Virus record (IMG/VR): IMGVR_UViG_3300029305_005280
DNA from: a virus
Lineage: Duplodnaviria > Caudoviricetes
Strand: one strand, 5' to 3'
Length of the DNA stretch: 64,000 nucleotides
Made by a program: the position numbers and the translations under genes. The notes beneath the pieces were generated by a model that was not told where the DNA came from, made no database searches, and saw only the letters and a program-made list of their open reading frames with translations. How positions within the stretch are numbered: the stretch's first letter is position 1; each line of letters begins with the position of its first letter. This document shows, in pieces, positions 58,493 through 64,000 of this stretch.

Positions 58493-58859
58493 TGTAGTAA
58501 AAAGGGAGTTAGAGAAAGTTAGGGCTCCTTTGCCCGATTATAACGACGACACATCTGTTATAAAAATTCCTAAACATAGCAATATCATTGAAGACCCATA
58601 TGTAAAAGGGTTGTGTTGTATTCTTCAACTTGCTCCCTATATTCTTAAGGAACCTCCAAATTTTTCATTGTCTTCAAATTGGAATAAAGGAATTGTTCCT
58701 GTTAGTGAGTATCTAAAGATTGAAATAGTTGATGTTTATGGTAACATGATAAAGGTGGATGGTATTGGGTTTGAGTATGAAACTCAAACAGACAAACAGG
58801 ATTCATATCTAGGTCTATGGTTACCAAAAGAAGGAACTCATATTGTTGCAAAATTATAG
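58485..58859 (+). CDS. Hypothetical protein
   Basis: ORF overlapping upstream gene. Confidence 0.5.
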   Translation: MNDVVKRELEKVRAPLPDYNDDTSVIKIPKHSNIIEDPYVKGLCCILQLAPYILKEPPNFSLSSNWNKGIVPVSEYLKIEIVDVYGNMIKVDGIGFEYETQTDKQDSYLGLWLPKEGTHIVAKL

Positions 58860-58862
58860 GGT

Positions 58863-58894
58863 TAGTTGAATTTCCGACTAACCCTATTTATAAT
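58863..58894 (+). promoter_or_regulatory. SigmaA-type promoter within hairpin
   Basis: TAG-TTGAAT-17 bp-TATAAT. Confidence 0.8.
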
Positions 58895-58928
58895 ATAATA
58901 AAGAATAACTGTAAAGGAAAGATAATTG

Positions 58929-59948
58929 ATGGCTGAATCATTAGCAGTTCGTTATCGTCCTAAAGATTTTACGGATGTTTGCGGACAAAGTTCAATCATA
59001 AAGATTCTTGAGCGACAAACACAGCTGCAAGAATACAAGCATACATATTTATTTACAGGGCCCTCAGGAACTGGTAAAACTACAATTGCAAGAATATTAG
59101 CAAGTAAAATAAATGGTAGTTTAGCAGGACTTGAGGAACTTGACGCTGCATCAAACAATGGTGTTGAGAATGTAAGAACGATTATCAAAGGAGCTCAGGA
59201 ACGGTCAATTAGTAGTAAGTATAAGATTTATATTATCGACGAATGTCACGCTCTAAGTAATCAGGCTTGGCAAGCATTTCTTAAATGCATTGAGGAACCT
59301 CCTGAGTTTACAATATTCATGTTTTGTACAACGGACCCTCAAAAAATTCCAAGTACTATTGTAAATAGATGCCAGCGTTATAATTTAAGTAAGATTAGTA
59401 CTGAGCAGATTAGAAGTCGTCTTGCATTTATCTGCCAGAAAGAGGGTTTTACTAATTATCAAGAAAGTATTGACTACATTGCAAAAATAAGTGATGGTGG
59501 TGCCCGTGATGCAATTTCAACTCTTGAAAAGGTAGCATCTTTGAGTACTGATATTAGTATCCAGAATACACTTGATGCTCTGGGTACGTATTCTTATGAT
59601 ATGTTTTTTGAATTGGTGAATAATATTATTGACAGTAATCAGGTAGAAGTAGCAAAAACAATTTCTACAATCTATCATAAAGGTAATGACTTGAAACTTT
59701 TTGTTGACCAATTCTTTAATTTTTGTTTGGATGTTACAAAATACTGTTTGTTTAAATCAACTGATATGATTGGTATTCCTTCAAGTCTTGAGGACAAACT
59801 ACAAGCAAGTGTAAATTTTGAGAATCCTGAAAAATATTACATGCACATTGTTGATAAACTTCTCGAGTTAAAAAATAGAATTAAAAATGACACATCAGTT
59901 AGAACAACAGTTGAAACAACATTCTTACATATATCAAGGTGGGAATAA
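58929..59948 (+). CDS. dnaX: Clamp loader gamma/tau-like subunit
   Basis: LAVRYRP, GPSGTGKTT, ELDAASNNGV, IIDECH, LKCIEEPP, NRCQ, GGARDAIS. Confidence 0.92.
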   Translation: MAESLAVRYRPKDFTDVCGQSSIIKILERQTQLQEYKHTYLFTGPSGTGKTTIARILASKINGSLAGLEELDAASNNGVENVRTIIKGAQERSISSKYKIYIIDECHALSNQAWQAFLKCIEEPPEFTIFMFCTTDPQKIPSTIVNRCQRYNLSKISTEQIRSRLAFICQKEGFTNYQESIDYIAKISDGGARDAISTLEKVASLSTDISIQNTLDALGTYSYDMFFELVNNIIDSNQVEVAKTISTIYHKGNDLKLFVDQFFNFCLDVTKYCLFKSTDMIGIPSSLEDKLQASVNFENPEKYYMHIVDKLLELKNRIKNDTSVRTTVETTFLHISRWE

Positions 59949-60740
59949 ATGGTTGGTCAGGTAAAATTATTACAGCTTATAGATAGATATATTGATACAG
60001 GAACATTACCAAGAACTTTACTCTTTGAGGGTGACTATGGTTGTGGTAAGCATACTGTGACTTCATACATTTCGGAAAAATTAGGTCTTCCTGTTTTAGA
60101 CATAACGGAAACATTATCATTGGAAGTGTTGGAGCAGATTACTCTGAAACCGGTTCCTCAAATATATTTAATCAATAGCAGCAGCATATCTGTAAAAGAG
60201 CAAAATATGATATTGAAGTTTCTTGAGGAACCATTAAAAAATTCATATATCATTATACTTGCTGAAACGAAAACACAATTGTTAAACACTGTAATCAATA
60301 GATGTGTCAGTCTAAGTTTCGAGAAGTATACAAAGGAAGAGCTTCTTGAATTTTGCACAAGCTCCAATACAGATATACTAGAGTTTGCAGATACACCCGG
60401 TCGTGTTAGGTTGTTTGAACAGCATCCTGTGACTGAAATGAAATCATTTTGTGAGAAGATATTTTTACAAATTAGTATTGCAAATTATTCAAATATACTA
60501 ACAATTCCTAATCGTATTAACTTCAAGGACAATGATAAGTTGTTTGATTTCAATGTTTTTGTTTTCGTGCTTATTCATGTTGCCATGAATCTATATATTA
60601 AAGGAATGATTCCATATAAAGCATATCTAGTGACTGATGAGTTTTACAATGATACAAAGATTCCGCATATAAATAAACTACAGCTGTTTGAGCATTATTT
60701 GTTTAGGCTTAAACTGGTTTATGAGGAGGCTAGTAAATGA
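59949..60740 (+). CDS. holB: Clamp loader delta-prime-like subunit
   Basis: LLFEGDYGCGK, QNMILKFLEEP, LLNTVINRC. Confidence 0.8.
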   Translation: MVGQVKLLQLIDRYIDTGTLPRTLLFEGDYGCGKHTVTSYISEKLGLPVLDITETLSLEVLEQITLKPVPQIYLINSSSISVKEQNMILKFLEEPLKNSYIIILAETKTQLLNTVINRCVSLSFEKYTKEELLEFCTSSNTDILEFADTPGRVRLFEQHPVTEMKSFCEKIFLQISIANYSNILTIPNRINFKDNDKLFDFNVFVFVLIHVAMNLYIKGMIPYKAYLVTDEFYNDTKIPHINKLQLFEHYLFRLKLVYEEASK

Positions 60741-61651
60741 CACTTGAGGAATTTAAAACTTCGATAGAACAAAAAACAGTGGGTAATCAGCTGGTTATAT
60801 TTGTATATGAAGATGTGCCATTTGTAGCTGACCAGTATATTCGTGAAATTGCAAAAATCAAAGAACAAAAAATACAATATCTTGAATCAATTGATAGTTT
60901 ATCAAGTGGAGTTGCAGATATATTTGGAATGTCCGATGTAAAAGACGGTATAAGAGTATACCGAACAAAAGAAATTGAAACGCTATCAGATAAGTTAAGA
61001 TATGAAACAGACTTATATATAGTAGTTAACAAGATAAAAGATAAGGACATTTTATCCATATACTCGGAGTATATTATCAATATTCCTAAACTTGAAGGCT
61101 GGCAATTGAAAGATTATATGTATTCAGTTGCCGAGGGTGTAGACCACAAATCCTTGGATTGGCTTATTAGTGCAAGTGGTGAAGATATTTATAGACTTGA
61201 AAATGAACTTGATAAATTTAGGTTGTTTGGTGTGAATGAACAAAAGTATTTATTCAATGATATGCTTCATGATGGAGCCTTTGTTGATTTATCAAGTTTC
61301 AATGTATTTAACATAACAAATGCAGTCACAAGTAGGGACTATAATACCTTAAAAAATGCATTAAAAGAAATAAAAAGTTTTGATGCTGAACCCTTAGGTG
61401 TTGTGACTTTACTTTATCAAGGTTTTAAAAAACTTATACAAGTGTGGTTAGCAAAACAAGCAACACCTGATAATACAGGACTCAAGTCAAATGTGATATA
61501 CGCACTCAATAAACAGCCGAGGGTGTATACTAAGGAACAATTGATTGCTGCATTTCAACTTTTAAACAATATTGACAAAGAATTAAAAAGCGGTAATATT
61601 GAAATCAAATGGTTGATTGATTATGTCATATGCAGAGTGATGACATATTAA
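60737..61651 (+). CDS. holA: Clamp loader delta-like subunit
   Basis: DIF, LENELDKF, NVFNITNA, EPLGVVTLL, IDKELKSG patterns; third gene of loader cluster. Confidence 0.75.
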   Translation: MTLEEFKTSIEQKTVGNQLVIFVYEDVPFVADQYIREIAKIKEQKIQYLESIDSLSSGVADIFGMSDVKDGIRVYRTKEIETLSDKLRYETDLYIVVNKIKDKDILSIYSEYIINIPKLEGWQLKDYMYSVAEGVDHKSLDWLISASGEDIYRLENELDKFRLFGVNEQKYLFNDMLHDGAFVDLSSFNVFNITNAVTSRDYNTLKNALKEIKSFDAEPLGVVTLLYQGFKKLIQVWLAKQATPDNTGLKSNVIYALNKQPRVYTKEQLIAAFQLLNNIDKELKSGNIEIKWLIDYVICRVMTY

Positions 61652-61663
61652 GGAGGTTCAAGA

Positions 61664-62719
61664 ATGAGACTACTTGTTTATGCGGACCCACATTGGTGTT
61701 CATACTCAAGTATTGTTAGAAGCCGAGGTTCAAAGTATTCAACTAGATTAGAGAATCTAATTCAATCAATTAACTGGGCTGAATCATTAGCCGAGCAGCT
61801 ACAATGCGACAGGATAGTGTGCTTAGGAGATTTTTTTGACAGGGCTGAATTGAATAGTGAAGAAATTACAGCACTTCAAGAAGTTATATGGGCAAGTATG
61901 CCCCATACATTCTTAGTTGGTAATCATGAAATGGGAAGAAGTAATTTACAATTTAGCTCAGCCCATTTGTTTGATATGCCGATTGACCATACAGTTGTTG
62001 ATTCAACAGGTGTATATGATACAGGTGATGGAACACAATTGTGTTTTCTGCCATACATTTTAGAATCAAATAGGAAACCTTTGTCTGAATATTTTCCTCA
62101 GACCAACAAAAATCGAATTATCTTTTCTCATAATGATATAAAAGATATACAGATGGGAAAATTTTTATCAACTGAAGGTTTTTCTGTCAGTGAAATCGAA
62201 GAAAATTGTGACTTGTTTGTAAATGGTCATCTGCATAACTCTTCACAAGTAGGAAACAAGATTATTAACTTAGGAAATGTAACTGGACAAAATTTCAGTG
62301 AAGATGCTTCAATCTATAGACATTATGTATTACTACTTGATACTGTGGAGCATAAAATTGAATGGATTGAGAATCCTTATGCATTGAATTTCTATAAATT
62401 AGATTTTTCCACATATAGAGACAATGAAGCAGATGCAAGAGTTATATGTGAAACTATTGACAGTCTCGGGAATAATGCAGTAGTAACTATTAAAGTTTTA
62501 CCAGAGAATGATTTCTTGATAAAAGACCTTGCTGCAAACTCACCGAATTTGATTGAATATAGAATAATTATTGATATGGTTTCCGATATAAACATTCCTG
62601 TAGAGAATACACCACAAGTAACAGTGGACCATCTATCACAATTTGTTGATTATATCAAGAGTGAAGTTGGGTCATCAAAAGAAATCATTGAAGAATTAGA
62701 TAAGATTGTCGAGGGATAG
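61664..62719 (+). CDS. sbcD: Mre11/SbcD-like metallophosphoesterase nuclease
   Basis: ADPH, LGDFFD, GNHE, SH, GHLH. Confidence 0.88.
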   Translation: MRLLVYADPHWCSYSSIVRSRGSKYSTRLENLIQSINWAESLAEQLQCDRIVCLGDFFDRAELNSEEITALQEVIWASMPHTFLVGNHEMGRSNLQFSSAHLFDMPIDHTVVDSTGVYDTGDGTQLCFLPYILESNRKPLSEYFPQTNKNRIIFSHNDIKDIQMGKFLSTEGFSVSEIEENCDLFVNGHLHNSSQVGNKIINLGNVTGQNFSEDASIYRHYVLLLDTVEHKIEWIENPYALNFYKLDFSTYRDNEADARVICETIDSLGNNAVVTIKVLPENDFLIKDLAANSPNLIEYRIIIDMVSDINIPVENTPQVTVDHLSQFVDYIKSEVGSSKEIIEELDKIVEG

Positions 62720-62720
62720 T

Positions 62721-64000
62721 ATGAAGTTAAATTTTAAGAATATTAAGATTGAAAACTTTCTCTCTTTAGGTAAAGTCGAAGTTAATCTTGCAGATAACGG
62801 ATACACTTTTGTTACTGGTGTGAATGAAAATCCATCTGATAATGCGTTAAGTAATGGTAGCGGAAAAAGTTCTATCTGGGAAGCAATATCGTGGTGTTTG
62901 TGTGGAGAGACAATTCGTGGTAACTGTAAAGATATTGTTAATCTAAATACTGACGGTGGAGCTCTTGTGGAGCTCAATTTCAATGTTGACGCTAAAGAAT
63001 ATAAGATTATTCGGACAAAAGAACATAAAGAATATAAAACAACCTTAAAGATTTTCATTGATGGTGAAGATGTGTCAGGAAAAGGTATTCGTGACAGTGA
63101 AAAATTGCTAAATGAATATTTACCTGATTTAACAAGTTCATTGATTGGTTCAGTTATCATTCTTGGTCAAGGAATGCCTCAACGATTTTCTAATAATACT
63201 CCGTCAGGACGTAAGGAAGTTTTAGAGAAACTTTCAAAATCTGATTTCATGATTCAAGACTTAAAGAATAGGATTTCAAACAGAAAGTCAAAACTGTCAG
63301 AAGATTTGAGAACAGTTGAAGATAACATATTGAAGCAAACAACAACTCTCAGTATTTGTGAGCAGAATAAATCAAAAGATGAAAATCTGTTAGATTCCTT
63401 TAAGAATGTTGTTGATTATGTTGCATTATTGGAGGAAGCTAAGAAAGCACTTTTTCAATCAAAAGAGGAGGAAACTCAATTAAATTCTTCTTTGGTCTTA
63501 ATAAATGAAACTATTGAAAGATGCTATACTGAAAGTAGAAATTTATCCGCTCAACGAGATGCGGAACTTACTGCAATTGATACAAAATATAGAGAGCCGT
63601 TGCAAGAGTACATAAATACATGTAATGACTTATATACATCGTATCAAATTGCGGAAACAAAGTTGAGAGAACTTGAAAAGATTACTGATATATGTCCGAC
63701 ATGTAAACAAAAATTACCTGATGTTCATAAACCCAACACCGACGAGGTTAAGCATCAAGTTGAATTTTTGAATCAACAATATCTTGCACAGAAACAACTT
63801 AGAAATACATTGCAGGAAGAATACTTCTCTGAACGTAAGAGAGTTGAGGAAGAGTTCAAATCAAAAGATTCAAGTATAACTATAGAGCTCAATAGTTTAA
63901 AGCAACAAAAATTACAGCTTGAAAAATCAATAAGTTCAGTTGTTTCAACTATTCAGTCACAGAATAATTCAATCAATTCAATTCAGAATAACATAGATAA
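62721..64000 (+). CDS. sbcC: Rad50/SbcC-like ATPase, truncated by window end (absent from ORF track)
   Basis: MKLNFKNIKIENFLSLG...SNGSGKSSIWEAI, Q-loop ILGQG, coiled coil, CPTC Zn hook. Confidence 0.9.
   Translation, partial: MKLNFKNIKIENFLSLGKVEVNLADNGYTFVTGVNENPSDNALSNGSGKSSIWEAISWCLCGETIRGNCKDIVNLNTDGGALVELNFNVDAKEYKIIRTKEHKEYKTTLKIFIDGEDVSGKGIRDSEKLLNEYLPDLTSSLIGSVIILGQGMPQRFSNNTPSGRKEVLEKLSKSDFMIQDLKNRISNRKSKLSEDLRTVEDNILKQTTTLSICEQNKSKDENLLDSFKNVVDYVALLEEAKKALFQSKEEETQLNSSLVLINETIERCYTESRNLSAQRDAELTAIDTKYREPLQEYINTCNDLYTSYQIAETKLRELEKITDICPTCKQKLPDVHKPNTDEVKHQVEFLNQQYLAQKQLRNTLQEEYFSERKRVEEEFKSKDSSITIELNSLKQQKLQLEKSISSVVSTIQSQNNSINSIQNNID

Noticed and set aside
4252-63160. Many short minus-strand and out-of-frame ORFs in the track (e.g. 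4415-4654, 45984-46433, 62696-63160)
   Set aside because: All are shadows of long + strand genes with no recognisable motifs
2092-64000. Second DGR target/VR in the window
   Set aside because: No further copy of gggttccggccc or the TR 5' part seen by eye; an alignment would confirm
1-64000. Stop-codon reassignment, tRNA genes, CRISPR array, integrase, introns/inteins
   Set aside because: Genes are full length in the standard code and end in TAA, TAG or TGA; intergenic gaps show no cloverleaf or repeat-spacer array; terL, dnaB, polA and recA show no intein-like splice motifs

Overview
A 64 kb segment of a large, AT-rich dsDNA myovirus. All genes are on the + strand and use the standard code. 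The host is probably a Firmicute, inferred from sigmaA-type promoters, strong AGGAG RBSs and RecU/CD1375-like genes. From left to right: (1) a diversity-generating retroelement, comprising the target-gene 3' end/VR at 1-57, a hairpin, avd, the TR and the RT; (2) a T4-like virion module with terminase, portal, prohead protease, capsid, neck, sheath, tube, tape measure and baseplate (2.6-36 kb); (3) a replication/recombination module with SNF2 helicase, sigma-like factor, DnaC/DnaB/primase, SSB, family-A polymerase, beta clamp, a full gamma/delta'/delta clamp loader, RecU, RecA and Mre11/Rad50. Inside the replication module is the most unusual element. A preQ1-I riboswitch-like leader precedes a VUT/YhhQ queuosine-precursor transporter, followed by a separately promoted five-gene operon: TGT-fold DpdA-like transglycosylase, atypical SDR, GT-A glycosyltransferase-like protein, CofD/YvcK-HAD fusion and nucleotidyltransferase. 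This looks like an undescribed salvage-and-hypermodify 7-deazaguanine DNA modification system. Other signals are two promoter classes (one embedded in hairpins), apparent GATC avoidance, L-x-E-tagged putative internal head proteins, a candidate tail-chaperone frameshift and a degenerate MT-A70-like protein. All functional calls come from motif recognition by eye; no database searches were run.
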